A stretch of 64,000 bases of DNA, taken from NCBI GenBank assembly GCA_951406725.2, contig OX597815.1:139748001-139812000 (forward strand). The letters run 5' to 3'. The notes below the pieces were generated by a model. The model was not told the DNA's origin. It saw only the letters and a program-made list of their open reading frames with translations, and did not search any database. Source of the stretch: Octopus vulgaris. Lineage: Eukaryota. The position numbers and the translations under genes were made by a program. Below, piece after piece: positions 26,308 to 41,886 of the stretch; positions within the stretch are counted from its first letter, which is position 1, and every line of letters begins with the position of its first letter.

Positions 26308-29032
26308 CTGAGACATACACAAAATAAAAACATGGGTTAAGAACATTAAAAACACATTCATTTTGATTATCAGAAAAAACAGTTGTTGTGTTATTTAAGA
26401 TTGTGCTCAAAGTTTGTCGCATGATTTATATTTATAGGTGGTTTTTTGTTTAATGAACTTCATACTAGAGTTAAGCATTTTTATTTATAGTGTATAAAAA
26501 CAAAACAATTTGCAGTGAATGTCACAGAAAATATTGTAGCAATGTCATTCCGTTCTCCATACTGAGATTAAATGGTATCTTCTCTAGCAGAATACCTAAG
26601 AATGCTAAAATGATACCATTCTTGAGATAAATTATCAATACACACACTATCTTTCAAGGTGAAGTTCTACATTTCCAATGGTTGAAAGATTAGGAGTAAA
26701 AAACAAAACTTTTCTGAAGTATTATTCTAAGCCTAAAGAAAATCTTGTAAGCAGAGTACTGAGTAAAAAGAACACTTTGATTTGCAATATAACGATTTTT
26801 CACTAGAAGCTAAAATGTGAGCTAAAACCAACTGGTATATTTCATTTTTAGGCTCCTGGCAAAATATTAATTTATTGTAATGAATCTAAACTATCAAAGA
26901 GATTTGTCATGCAAAAGGAATCCATAATAGAAAATTCTAAAACCGTCAATATTTTTTCTGCAAAAAAAAACTAAGGAATGTTATAATTACAAAGGGAAAG
27001 TTCAAAACAGAACAGATTCTTTCAATAATAATATTGATTATATTTATTTAAATATTTTAAATTTAATTATTCATAAGACTTTTTTTATTAATTACTAAAA
27101 TGAATTTTTTTTTCTAAATATAATATGCTTGTAAATGTATTGAAAAAGTCTATTAGGAGAACTTATTGGGTAGTGTAACAGTCAAACTCAATACAAACTG
27201 AGCTGCTTGTGGTTTATCTACTAGCAGCAGCACTGAGCAATGCCTATAGTTAGGACATAGTCAACATAACTGTAAACAGGTACCACTTAAGAACAGGATG
27301 CTGAAAGCGATTCCAGCACAATAAATTGAAATAGGGGTTCTATGTTCTGTTGGCAAGTAGTAGTGACTAAACTTCAACTTAACACCACTGACTACAATCT
27401 CGCAGGAAAATTGTGGTGCCCCCCCCCCTTAATCACTGCCATTCTCCAAGCAAGGTTTCAAGTACTTTAGGTCAGTTGTACCAGTACATGTTAGATCATG
27501 TAACCAATATTTCTTGCCATCTAATGAATTGTTATTCACATTTTTTTCTCTACAAGATGTGAACATAGCTATATTCAACATTGTGCAAATAGCAGTAAGG
27601 TAAAATGTCAGATCTGTTCTTTTAATTCATCTTTTACATTAAATAAGAATAATCTAATAATGGAAGTTATTTTGGGACACTTAGATAAGATGAAATAGAT
27701 TTCAAATCAATTGACATACAATGAGAACACAACATTAAATTTACTATGATGTAATATTGACTAATTGTTCCATTAACTAATTACATATTACAACTCGAAG
27801 AAAGCTATATTACAAAATCATGATAATACAACTTCAACAAAATGTGAATGTTAGTTCATATTGGTTTGAAAGGCAAAGTTCTGGCAGATGATTTTTATAA
27901 GCAGTGAACACACAGAAAACAACTGAACTGATAAAAATCAGCAACTCATGCAAACTAAATACTCTGCAAGTCACCATGATAATTACAAATATTCAACATT
28001 CTACTGCAAACAAACTGCTTGGCATAAGGCTGCACATGAAAGTGCAGTACCTTTTTTCCTAGTTATACTATTTCTGATTAAAAACACCACGTAAAAATAA
28101 GCTGTATCAACTAGTCTGCGTTTTTGTCTGAAAGATGTGAATTTTTTATCTTATCAAGGAAATATGCACGGAATGATAAATTAGAATAAATTATTATTAT
28201 GCCACTGAGGTCAACATTGTCTTTCATTCTTCTAGGTTTATAAAAAAAGATATCAACTACCTCTCCCTCTCAAAGTAGACCAATCAGTTTATTATTCCTC
28301 ATCCTGTTAATCAACACTCTCTAGGCTCAGGATATTTACTCTGACTCCACACCCAAATCAAAAATAAGATAGTATACAATGGTTACTTTGAGAAAACAAT
28401 CTTCCACATGACATTGCTAAGTGAATCAGGATTACATACAATTACCAATGACTTCCCTAAGTATTAATCTGGATAAATATAAAGACTAAACTACTCCTGA
28501 ATGTAATATATCACAAATGAAAGCGAAGTGGTCTCAACTGGAATGTGACACACAGATATCTTTAAAACATAGGCTATAACTAAATTGACAGTAAAAACTT
28601 TAGAAAGCAATGTTCAATGAGGTTTGGACAGAAATACATTCAACGACCCTATTTATAAAAGCTCCACACAGATACATATTAGAAAAAGAATAACAAAATC
28701 AGCAACATTTAGCAGTAACTAGAAGATAGGAAATAACTTTATTATCCCCCTCCCCTACATCACGGGGGGGGGGCAATTTAAGGAGCAGTTTTACTGCCTT
28801 AACATAGAACACCGCATATTTAAAATTCCTAAAAACCATTCAATATTGTTATGGGAGTTCATTTAGTATTCTTAGAATTAGGATGTTATTTTTATCTTAT
28901 TTCTGCAATATTCAAGCTTTTTGAAAAAAAATTATATAGAATTATAAGATCCAAATTTAATAGAATGGTTTTCAAATGCTGCAAATAAAACAAAGACACA
29001 TGGTGAACTTTCACTCAGCTGTTGATGTAAAC

Positions 29033-29288
29033 CAGTGGTTTTCAACCATAGTTTGCCTGTGGACCCCCTGTGATTCCTATTTTACTAAGATGGACCCTAA
29101 TGGCTATTCAACATTTAAAGAAAAACCTATTATATTTTTATATTATTATTAGGAATAACATTAATAAAAAAACTCTGTTAAAAATATTCTGTGTATTGTA
29201 GAAGTGTAACCATTATATTGCACATGAATTTTAACAAAATCTCATATGGATCCCTAATGGCCATATGGACCCTGATTGAGAACCATTG
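29033..29288. mobile_element. hAT (Charlie-like) MITE, 256 bp
   Basis: TIRs CAGTGGTTTTCAA / TTGAGAACCATTG; 8-bp TSD ATGTAAAC / ATGTAGAC (7/8). Confidence 0.85.
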
Positions 29289-29968
29289 ATGTAGACACTG
29301 TTTGCACAGCAGAGATGGAAGTCGTGATTTCCAGAAAATAGATGAGTAAATTTTATCTCTCTTGCAAATTTTATGAAACTAGACCCAATTAATCATCCAT
29401 CCTCATGACCCAAAACCCACTGATTTTTATTTATTTTAATTCAAAGGAAAAGGAGTGGATACACTTGATAAGATTAGTGTATTTTGTCATAAATGTAATG
29501 GCTAATAATTTATGGTGTTATGTAAATTTTATTTCACTCATTCTACCTTTACCTACTTTAGTTATACAAGTTCTGAAACAAGTGTGTTTCTAAGACCATT
29601 TTAAATATAGCTATAGGGATAAGTCTAAATTAACAACTATTTTAAAATTTAATTGAAAACAGTATTTTATTTAAATAGTGTAACTGATAAGAAAAATATA
29701 ATGAATGTGGTTCATTCATTGTCTACATTTCTGAAATTTGAAATGCTCCATTTGTGTTAAGCTCCAAGTATTTATATAGATTGTTTTGTGGTTTCAGGAT
29801 ATTGGCCCTTTTCTTTTCAGGCTGGTATGATATATTTGTAATACAGAATCATTGTAAATGTACTGACAGATTAATTTACGAAAGGTTCAGTACTTGAATT
29901 TCAGGTTTATCACTATCTTAAACATCACTCCAGCATCAATTCATAGTATTCCTTTTATTGAGCATTAA

Positions 29969-30188
29969 CCCTTTTGTTACTGTATTTATTTTAAGATGCT
30001 CTGTGTTTCTTTCAATTACTTTAAATATAACAAAGAATTTAGCAAAATAATTTAGTTATCATTAAGCTAGTGATAGGAACATAAATTGTGACTAAGGTTT
30101 GGTGGAAGATTTTAATTCAAAACTTATGAAAAGAAGACATTTTTACTCAGAGCTAGAGCCGGTTTCAGCCAGGTTGGTAACGAAAGGG
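29969..30188. mobile_element. piggyBac-type MITE, family B (220 bp)
   Basis: TTAA|CCCTTTTGTTAC ... GTAACGAAAGGG|TTAA. Confidence 0.88.
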
Positions 30189-31504
30189 TTAAGCCCCACC
30201 TACAACTTTCAAGTTGAACATGCATTCAACAGAACCTTTCCTTCAATAATACCAGTAAACTTCACTATCAATTTCTCCTGTTGCATAAGTAATTACTAAT
30301 AGAAATTCATATGTACTGCAAAGAGAAATGTTAACATTGCCTAGTTGTGTATGGAAAGAGAAAGTCAGCTGCTAATTCATGAAGTAATCAAATGAAAATG
30401 GTGGTAAAGACAGGATATTCAAGAATCCACAATAAGGAGTTGTATTTCAAAGAAATATTGTTAGTGATTCTAATGAGGTGCACCACAACTACTAGCTTCC
30501 TAAATAACAAAAAAAGTAAAGACAATAGCAGGTTTGATAGCTTTATTGAAATTCAGTCAGGCTGATGATACCAGATCTGAATGCAGAAATAACTACAGAC
30601 ATGACACAGTTGAAGTTTGACAAACTGCAATTAAACATACTTAACAGAAAGGAAGTTTTCTAAGTAAATTTTACATTAAGAACAATAGCAAAAACAGATT
30701 TCACTTAGCAGTAGTTTAAAGAGAGAAAGCATTTTTTAAAAAATCAAATAAATTAAAATTCTTCTTTCATCCACTGAGAAGAGAAACTGAGGTTTGATAA
30801 ACAATGACATCAGCTAATACAACTGGCTGACAGAAAAGCCATTCATGATATAAAGAGAATGGATCAATTAATGATTGATAGTATTAAGTAGATAATTGAT
30901 GCAGGTCTTTACATCTACAGAAACACACATACAGTGTCTTCATTTACATAGGTTTGTTGTGTTTTTATTTTCTTATTAGACCCCAGTATAATACTGGGCT
31001 CCACTTTAACCCAAATTATAATAGATATTTATATTATTAAATTTCTCATTTATACACAAGTAAATATGGCATATTAAAATGTTACCCATTATATGACAAG
31101 TAACGTAATTTGATAACCACTGCATGTCTGCCATATTTCCTGATATTACCCATGGTGGTAAAAGGGCATTAATATAACTGTATTTTGAACAGTTTGCTAG
31201 AAATTCTCAAGTTGGTGAATACTCCAGTGATTAACACAAAAAAACTTGCAATGCTAATGACTAGCTTGTCTAAAAACAAAAAAACAAAAAGCATCTACAG
31301 AAAATATTCATTACAATAAATATTAAAGATTGAAGAAACTTTTTCGGCAGCAACCAACTATCATTTGCTCCTCCTCTTCTCCCACTAAATGTGTGCATGC
31401 AATGAAGCTTGATAGGAGCAATCATCCAATATCTCTTATATTAACTCCATATAATTGTCAAACATGACTGGAGAAATCAACCAATATATATACCAGCCTA
31501 TTAA

Positions 31505-32121
<617 letters not shown>

Positions 32122-32122
<1 letters not shown>

Positions 32123-32587
32123 CAATGAATAACCGTATATAAACAAATACAGATGATTTATAAGAGAACATGTTAGTCCTCATCATCCCCCACCAGGCTT
32201 ATGCATAACAGGCTGCAACTGGTCTATCCCATTACTTTTGCTAGGCCCATGTACAAGAGACTGTATTGAGCCATCTCAATAATTCCTCTTCTCAACTGCA
32301 TCTTTCTTACCTTCTCTGCTCTTCTCCCTTCCTAAGATAACTTCTGTTATACCCTTCACTGAATCTTTATCTTATCCCACCCACTTTTACTTCATACCAC
32401 TGATCCTTCCTTTCAATCAGGCCCTTCAGGCATCAGCACTCTCTCTTCTAACTCCTTCTTCGGTCAACTGGGCTTATGTAAAAACACTAGATTATTTACT
32501 TGTGGTACTTACTCCTCTTACCCACTACTAGCTTCATTCTCCCGCCTTGATATACAGGTTTCAGCACTGAATACTTTCTACATTATC
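32122..32587 (+). repeat. 466-bp direct duplication, copy 1 (matches 33742-34207)
   Basis: Line-by-line identity at an offset of exactly 1620 bp, from TCAATGAATAACCG to CTACATTATC. Confidence 0.95.
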
Positions 32588-32987
32588 AGAATCGAAATCG
32601 ATCAATGGAAATCGATCAATGGAAATTGCAGATGTGTTACCAGTGCCGGTGGCATGTAAGAGAACCTTCCGTTTCGCGACCGTTGCCAGCACCGCCCCGT
32701 TTCGTGTTCGTTGCCAGCCTCGCCTGGCCCTCGTGCCGGTGGCACATAAAAAACACCATCCGTTCGTGGCCGTTTGCCAGCTCTGGCTGGCACCAGTGCG
32801 GGTGGCACGTAAAAAGCACCCACTACACTCACGGAGTGGTTGGCGTTAGGAAGGGCATCCAGCCGTAGAAACACTGCCAGATTTGACTGGGCCTGATGAA
32901 GCCTTCTGGCTTCACAGACCCCAGCAGAACCGTCCAACCCATGCTAGCATGGAAAACGGACGCTAAATGATGATGATGATGATGATG

Positions 32988-32989
<2 letters not shown>
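32588..32989 (+). mobile_element. Young RTE-tail element with tandem GC-rich units and (GAT)n tail
   Basis: Same organisation as 12356-12859 (ATCAATGGAA leader, GTGCCGGTGGCAC units, GGAAGGGCATCC module); CpGs intact. Confidence 0.85.
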
Positions 32990-33023
<34 letters not shown>

Positions 33024-33741
33024 AGGAAACCATGCCAAAGCAGACACTAGATTTCAATGTAGCCCTGCAGCTCGCTAGATCCTGGCAAACCCATGTCAAC
33101 ATAGAATAGGAGCATTAAATGATGACTGATATATCAACAACTTCCCTTATACACATTATCTTATAACAAGCGTCAATGAAAGCAGTCACAACATAAATGC
33201 TTCATTCCAAAAGGTGAGTCCTCTTTTCTGAAAAAAGATTTTCTTTATTATTTGGTAACTTTTAAGAATATCTTGCTGGTAAATGTGACTGTGTCAAGTA
33301 TACTTTTTGCAAATTTTAAATATTTAGTTCAACAAATGGTTCACCTCAAAACAGCTGTAAATACCACCTAAATTTTCTTCAGACTTATCCTAAGTCCAAA
33401 TGCAGTAAAGGAAAAGAGGTTCACATTTCTATCCACAGTGTCAAACACTTTTGTTAGATCACTGAAAGCCAGATAAACAGAGAGTCACTGCTCTAGACAT
33501 TTCTCTTACAAGTGTCTTACTGTACATACATTTATATACACAAACACACAATATGTACATATGCAAGACACAGGTATGGCTTAAGAAGTTCATTTCCAAC
33601 CACATGGTCTCAGCTTCAGCCTCACCTCATGATACCGTGGACAATGTAACCCCAGATCAGCCAAAGCTCTAAATGGACTTCAGAGATGGAAGCTAAAGGA
33701 AGGCCATCATATGTGCATGTGAAATACGTAGGAAATCTGCT

Positions 33742-34207
33742 TCAATGAATAACCGTATATAAACAAATACAGATGATTTATAAGAGAACATGTTAGTCCT
33801 CATCATCCCCCACCAGGCTTATGCATAACAGGCTGCAACTGGTCTATCCCATTACTTTTGCTAGGCCCATGTACAAGAGACTGTATTGAGCCATCTCAAT
33901 AATTCCTCTTCTCAACTGCATCTTTCTTACCTTCTCTGCTCTTCTCCCTTCCTAAGATAACTTCTGTTATACCCTTCACTGAATCTTTATCTTATCCCAC
34001 CCACTTTTACTTCATACCACTGATCCTTCCTTTCAATCAGGCCCTTCAGGCATCAGCACTCTCTCTTCTAACTCCTTCTTCGGTCAACTGGGCTTATGTA
34101 AAAACACTAGATTATTTACTTGTGGTACTTACTCCTCTTACCCACTACTAGCTTCATTCTCCCGCCTTGATATACAGGTTTCAGCACTGAATACTTTCTA
34201 CATTATC
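33742..34207 (+). repeat. 466-bp direct duplication, copy 2 (probable source)
   Basis: Matches 32122-32587 and sits in unbroken flanking sequence. Confidence 0.95.
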
Positions 34208-36045
34208 CTGTGCACAAGACATGACACTTCATGTAAAGGTGCCAGCCAAGGACTTGTTCTGACAAAGTGATGGGTAAACGAGACAACCTGGTATTGATGC
34301 CAGAAAATGTCCCCAGCATACCATTTAAACATGAGTGGTAAATTGAGCAGAAGGTTTTGAGTTCCTTATATTCAACCTACTTACTATTATTGCAATAAAA
34401 AATACACCCAGTACACTCCATAAAGTGTTTGGTGATAGGGCAACCAGCTGTAGAAACCAAAAAATGATGATGGAACATCGGTCAGCAATTACCAGTAGGA
34501 GATTAATCAAACTGTGATGGCCTATCCAACATGTGCCAGCATAGAGGACTTGAAAATGACGATGATAATATATGATTGCTAGATTATTACATTGTTTATT
34601 GTTTAAAATAAAAATGAACACAATGAGAAAATAAGGTTACAGTACATCATTGGATTATAGTAATGTATGCTTGTACAACTTGAATGCCACTCTCTAGGCT
34701 TTCATAATTAAATATTCAGAGACAAGAGCCAAACAATAGAAAACCACTTCAGCTGCATAATTCATGTCACAGGCCTTTCTACAAGACTTTCCAATAACAG
34801 GAAATCTAGCTGGTAGTGGTTGAGTATCCTTTCTCCAAGTAGTTTTACTGCAGATGCAAACACAAATATGGTTTGTTTGTTTTTCTATACCTTCATACAT
34901 GTATGTATGTACACACACAAATAGAAGTCTTCTGAGTGTTTTCTATATCCTACACTTTGTCAGCTAAGACTAGAAGGCAACTATCTATTCATGAGGTGAG
35001 TTATCCTGTACCTGATATTTAAGTGCTAGGCCAACAGGTTAGCAAGAGTATTTTTTTAAATGCCAACATCACATACACTGCAGTGACCTATTCCTAAGAC
35101 AGCTGATGACTAAGCTGGGTTCCTATCAACCCTCCTCGCCAGGGTAGCCACATGGGAATTACTGGTTAGCCAACAAACCAGCCATGCAGCATGTACTGGC
35201 ATGTGTGGAATGTGGTGAGGGACTGATCATTTTATATCACTTTCCATGTTGACATGGAGTATGCAGTCATTTCTTATTAACAATTAGTACCTTCTTAGAC
35301 AGGTTGGAAGACAATATCACACGTGTTTCACTTCCCACTTCATTTCTCTGGCTGGCTGCCATTCCTAACAACCACTTTACAAAGCATACTGGATGCATTT
35401 CATTATAGTACCAACACAGCAGTTGTCAAGTTTTTGACAAGACTAAAAGATGCTCTCATCCCATCTCATTCACAAATAACATTACAGCCAGTACTGGGTG
35501 CATTTTGTGGCATCAACAACCCCTAGAGAGTGGATAGGATTGTACCTTACTATTGAATATTGGTCTCTAGTCACTCAAAGCAATGTAACCAAGAGGGTAG
35601 TGACAGCTGAACTATGGTGAAGGGGTTGAAAGAAGCAAGAGTATGGTGGAAGGGGAGAACAGTGAATAGGTGGTAAATAAAGGAGTAATGGAAAAGTCAA
35701 TACAAGAGGAGTAAAACAGACAGTAATGGAAAGGGGTAATGATGGCCACAATAGGCTTGTAAGATAACCATAGAGAGAGATGATAGAAAAACAGAGTAAT
35801 GGATGTCAATAACTAGCCTAAAGGAGAGTAACTGATGGCTAGCTATACAGAAGGATGAAAGAATAAAGACCTCCTTGCTATCCAACTATTATGATGAGAG
35901 AGATGGTAGAGGGCACTTGACTATACACAAATCCAAAACAACCCTTCAATATCCTAAAAACAGTAGAGAGAATAGGAAAATACAGTGAGACAGAGATGAG
36001 TCAGAGAGCAGCAGATGGAGGCTTCACACAAACATTAATGTATAA

Positions 36046-36077
<32 letters not shown>

Positions 36078-36696
36078 GCTTTAGCTTCCGTTCCTACATT
36101 CACTTCAATGCATGGATCACCATAACCATAGCTGTACAAGCAAGGCAAATTTTCTCCAACATCAAAAATTATACTGATCCCTGGCTATCTTCTCTCTGAG
36201 GTTCAGCCAGCATCTTGAGATCAGGCTTCACTACTTTATCCCATGTCTACCAAGAATTGTTCCATCCACTGAGTATTCAGCATCTTATATATCAGTTGTT
36301 CTCCATAATAATTACATGCCTGTACAAGTGCACACTTCCTCTTTGGGCTACTTCAAATTGTTTATCCTGTTTTTCCTTCATTTCATTTAAGCTCAGCAAT
36401 TCAGGCACACTAACACTACATATTGTAAACATGTCCATGTTAATTCTTTCTAGCCATTACAAAATCTTCAGCATTCAAGACTCATGTTTCACAACCATGG
36501 AATGTCATACTTAGTAGAAACACTTTGTTAGCAGCCAGTTAAATAACTTCCTGAACTTTTACCACTCACTACAATACTGCTAATATACATGCTTCTACTG
36601 CTTAACAAGTCACCTCAATAACAAACGCATTCAGCTACTACCATTAGTATGGCTTCTGTCATTAATCATCTATTTTTGTGGCCTAATTATGTAGAG

Positions 36697-38261
36697 CAGT
36701 GTTTCCTAATCTAGGGTCATGGCAGAGTTCAGTGGGTCCACAAAAATATTTGGGTAAAGGGTTAAGTTATATGCTAAATAAAGGGGGACACAAATACAAC
36801 AGCTTATTCTTAAAATTTTCTACTACTGTAATTCTTTAAATTTACACACCCAAACCACTTTGTAAAGTGGCTGGCATAAAGAAGGGCATCTAGCAATAAA
36901 AACCATGCCAAAGCAGACCTCACTAGTATTAGTGCTTTGTAAAAAGCACTCAATCCACTCTAAGGTGGTTGGCATTAAAATCAGCATCCGACTGTATAAA
37001 CCATGCCAAAACAAGACAGTGGGGCCTGGTGCAGTCTTCTGGCTTGCCAGTTCCTGTTAAACTGTCCAACCCAAGCCAGCATGGAAAGTAGACGTTAAAT
37101 CATTATAACAAATGCATTTTCTACATCTTGATTTCCATCATGATGAAAAAACTGAACTCATTTGACACTTCATCGATATACAAATCTTTAAATTTACAAA
37201 GAGGCTACTAAAACTTTCCTTGAAAAGCTTCATCTATTCAAAATAGATATTGGGCATAAAGGGTTGATGCATTCGCAAGTGCTTGCCACTATTTAAGGGG
37301 CACTAAAAGAGGTTGATATTTTAGTGTACATTGCACAATGATACAGAAATTAGATCTAAAGATCTCTAGGAAACGAACATTCCAAGTTGGATGATAGATC
37401 CAGTTGAGACAAACGCAGCCAATGCGAATATCATGCTATAAGAAAAGTTTAAGTTGCTGGGTAATCCAATTGCAAAAGCTAAATTTAATCAGGATTCAAC
37501 TTGTGAACAAGATTATATTTCATTGTCTTTCTTGCTCTCAAAAGCTTACAATTGTTTAGCAATTGTAAGCAGATGTGATTTATGTTGCTCTCTATCAGCC
37601 CATGTACCCTCATAGTAGAAAATATATAAAACAGCATCAGCCATAAGGACCCCCACTGAATAAATACAGTAAAAAGCTAACATTTTTCTTTTCCTTCTTT
37701 GAACGATTACATTTTTGTTCTCAAAAAGTAACCATTGTTCAGAAGTTATTTCTGGGTATCAGCAGTTTTTTGTTATGCATGTTATATCAGAAAAAATAAT
37801 GTATGATTTATAAATCGTTGTTCTATGGAAACCACTTTTTTTTTTCTTTTTTTTATGAAGCTAATAGAGAAGAATAAAAGTGCACTTAAAAGAACTGATA
37901 TTTTTATGAATTTTATTATGTTAATGGTAGGAAACAGACCACCTCTGAGAAAAAATTATTTTTCAAATGTTTATTAATAAATATTTGTTCAAAAATTGTT
38001 TTCATTGCAAATTATCAATTTTTAAATAACTCTCATGATAATAAAACAAATTTAAAACAATATTTAAATTTTCATTATTATGTGATAATTTTAACAAATA
38101 TTTAACTTTTTCTTTTTTGAAAAGTAAGCTGTTTCTATTAGCCATTCATTACAAAATAGAATGACTTTTCGCAGTAACATTATCTAGTGGGACCCACAGA
38201 AAATTTTAAGATTCTGGAAGTGGGCTGGGAAGAATGCTCTAAAAGAGGTAGGAAACCACTA
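36697..38261 (+). mobile_element. Internally deleted hAT (Charlie/Buster-like) transposon with transposase remnant and a nested RTE tail (~36850-37102)
   Basis: TIRs CAGTGTTTCCTA / TAGGAAACCACTA; TSD ATGTAGAG / ATATAGAG (7/8). Remnants TFLEKLHLFK and HNDTEIRSKDL*ETNIPSWMIDP..L*EK resemble Charlie-type transposase C-terminal regions. Confidence 0.8.
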
Positions 38262-39559
38262 ATATAGAGTACTAGATAGGTTGTCCACTAGTGTTTTCTC
38301 ACCTAGCTTTTGTGTGTTGTAAACAGTATGGTGCAATTGCATCTTTTTTAAGTGGATACTGATCCAGTAGGCAGTAAGTGTATTTGTGCTGCAAAAATTT
38401 ACAACTTTATTCTGTATCAAGACTTCTTCAGAATTACTACCCTCTTAGATGGCTGTCAAGCAATGATGTTTCTTGTATATATTTCACATTTATATTTGAT
38501 TTTTGGCATGGTTTCTCTGATTCACATCATTAACTTACTTTTCAGTGTACTATGTAAAATATATCCATATCAATTTTTATGTGTGTGCATTGGAAATAAC
38601 AGTTTGTATGAGCACATGCATGTATGTGTGTTAAAAGGATAGGTTTAAGTAAAAATCACAAAAATCCCAATGTCATGTTGTGCATAAGTAAACTAAAATG
38701 ATTACACTTGCTGGCCTCTGTTATGTGTATATAACCAACACTGTTGCAAATAATAACAAAACAACAGTATAATAATTCAAAGACCAACCACAGTGAATTT
38801 AAAATGAAGTCTTTTTAAAGGCAAACAATGTTTTTCAATTAGCTTGTTTTCTCTAGAGAATTTTTTGGTGTGATTAGGCTACTGTAATGGGAGTCAGTAC
38901 TAAAACTGTCAGATAAGAACTAGCAGAGCCAAGACTGACTTGTTTGGATGGTACAAGTGCTAGGAGAAGCCAAGCAAGGAAGTGAGATTATACAGCTGTC
39001 TTAATCATCTCTATAAAGACTTCTAACAGAATTCAACCAATAAAAGTCTAAGTTATGAATCGACAATCAAAAGCAAACAACACATACATATGAGGTAAAA
39101 TGAGTGTGCTGTGTATTTAATACATTAGGCAGGATGAGTAATTAAATAATGCATATTTCCCAGTTAAGTTTACTATGCATGTTTAATATCTGCTATTTAT
39201 TTAAAAGTTTCCAGCTTTTTAATCTTTAGCAAATATTAATTAAAAATCTAAAAATAAAAAAAGTGGGGTCGTGAAAATATACTCCACATTTCTGAATGGT
39301 TAACACAAGTTGCACAAATATGCATCAAAATTATTTCATTAAATATATTCTTAGAAAACACTGAGAGGTAGGACACTATTAAGTAAGTTATAATGCTGTG
39401 GACACATTGTGCAAGTGGATAAGCTAAACAGGTAAGGAGACAAATCAATGGATTATGAAAGAGATAATATAAACAAACTACTGTGTAAGTTTAAAATGAA
39501 TAGGGCAGCAAAACTGTAAGTCTTAACCATCATTTATCATCTCATCAATCTCTCATTCT

Positions 39560-39860
39560 CAACATAACAACTGGCCTTCCACTTCCAAGTACTCCTGTTC
39601 CTAACAGGTACTAACCTTATATAAAGCTCAAATGAGACCCACAATGCAATGCTGCAGCTAGTAGACATGCTATGCTGCCTCCTTACAAAAAGCACATCTG
39701 GATGATCAAATCTTTAACCTACAAACAAACTGCCCCCTCGTTCTTGTTTTTTAACTGCTACAACAGTAACCTCTGATCACCTAATTCTTCCTCCTCAAAA
39801 TATCAACTCTCAAGAATTCTCACTCAGCTCAAGTTTTTTCCTGCAGATGTCAATTTTCAG
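39560..39860 (+). mobile_element. CR1/Jockey-group LINE 3' remnant
   Basis: LTLYKAQMRPTMQCCS at ~39611-39660 matches the post-RT motif LYKAQIRP.MEYCS. Confidence 0.55.
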
Positions 39861-40098
39861 TTTTGTTCAAGAGAGAATCAACTGTCTGATCTCACTGATT
39901 TCAGAGAGCCTGCTAAGGTCACAGCACAGATTCTACTTCTCCACCAAACCCTTAAAAATACTGGCATTGACATACAGAAACACTACTAGAGATAGTGAGG
40001 AACTGCTTAGGAAGTGAAATCACTGAGACAATCTAAAATAGCATAAAACAGAAATTATTTGGAGAATTGTTCTTTATATCAGCCTTGCAATGCTTTAC

Positions 40099-40129
<31 letters not shown>

Positions 40130-41886
40130 AATTAAGTTCCTAACATCAACATATCAATATAACAAATATAAAAAGAACAATACACCAAAGAGAATTATAC
40201 TAAGAGTAAGTTTCATTATTTATAATTAATTCATCACTAAATAGTCTTAAAATCAAATTTCTCAAAGTATCAATCTTCTCAATTATAAAAATCTAACATT
40301 AGAATTAGTCTTTCAACAACAAAGAAAAAAATATTTCAATGTGAAATTTAATGATTGTTAAAACTAATATTTTCTCTCTAAGTTATATTTTAAATAGAAT
40401 TTGTATTAGTGTAATAAAAAAAAAATTTGTTGCTGCAATTAAAAAGTCTGACTGAAAATAATGTTACATTTTAATTATGGTTCGTCTTAACTACTTATCC
40501 CATTATCTTTAGCTCATATAACTACTCAGTAGCAATGGTACAATTCTGATTGTTCAAGAGAGCAAAATATAGAAATAGCATAGTGCTAAGCAATTTCAAT
40601 AAGAACATAAGTAAATATTCTTGTATTAAAAGCTACTTGACATCAACAGTAATGCATTGGTAATCTTGGGAGGAAAGTTTATCAAAGAACATTTTGAGTG
40701 TGGTTTAAGAATAAAAGAAAAAAGCTGAGGTTCTTGAAACCATAATAGTGAAACAAAATTTTGTTTAACTCAATTCTATTTAAAATGAAGATTATTAACT
40801 TTCATCACAAAATAGCTCAGCTCTGGTAAATTTCTAAGAGAAATCTGGTTGAACTTTGCATGGCACATTTGAAATAAATAAACAAATGAAAAGAGCAATA
40901 AGCATTATCACCATTTTAATGTTTACAAAGCTGACAGCACTTGAACAGTACATTTTGAGGTGATGATTTAAAGGTTAATTGCCTTTTCTGATACATTTTA
41001 GTAACCGCCTATATCACACAAGAATATGATTAAAACTAGGATAAACATGGTCTAGGCATTAAAGATTCATTAAAACTGGCAGCAGAAGACTCAAATGTAG
41101 TTGCTTGGCTATATTGAGACTTCTGTTCCTTCAAATTACATCCCACAATCTTAATAATAAAGGAGAAATCAGACAAGCAGGCCTCAATATCTATAAAAAA
41201 ATTTTTTTTTTAATGATCATGGCTGAATCTGCTTAATTGGGGAAAACTTTGAGCTAAACATCTGACAGCAATGAAAACATATATAACATTTTCATTGCTT
41301 TCTGAAAAAAGTTTCACAAAACAATTTTAAGGGTTTTCTTAATTCTTCTGTCCTTTTATTGAGAAATATGAAGAGACAGTTTGACAGATAGTGAGGCTAA
41401 ACTGAATTGTTAGAAATAACAACAAAAGACAAATGAAAGAAGGAAATCATTATAGAAGACAATTCTGAATATAGTATGTATATTAGAAAACACATGGAGA
41501 CATTTACAGTTAGAACATTGGCTGAATGATAGAAAATACAACACTGAACACATTGACCAATATTCCAGGAAGCATAAAATATCTGGAATGCTGAATGTAG
41601 GTCACCATCACAGCCAGACATTTGACCAGTTTCTTACAAACTACAGAACAGAATTTCACAACTTAATACAAGTTAGTAGACCTGTAACAAGAATAAAAGA
41701 AAAAAGGGATTACACAGAATAGGGGCTATTAGAGAAATAGAAGGATGGTATGAAAATGTGGTTCGCGGATAAGAATTTACAAATGACTTTGGCTACAATA
41801 TAAAACAAACCTGTTGACAGGATTTGTGCCATCTTAAATCTTGTGTCATAAGAACAGAAGGTATGTATGGGAGCAACATCCTTTAA

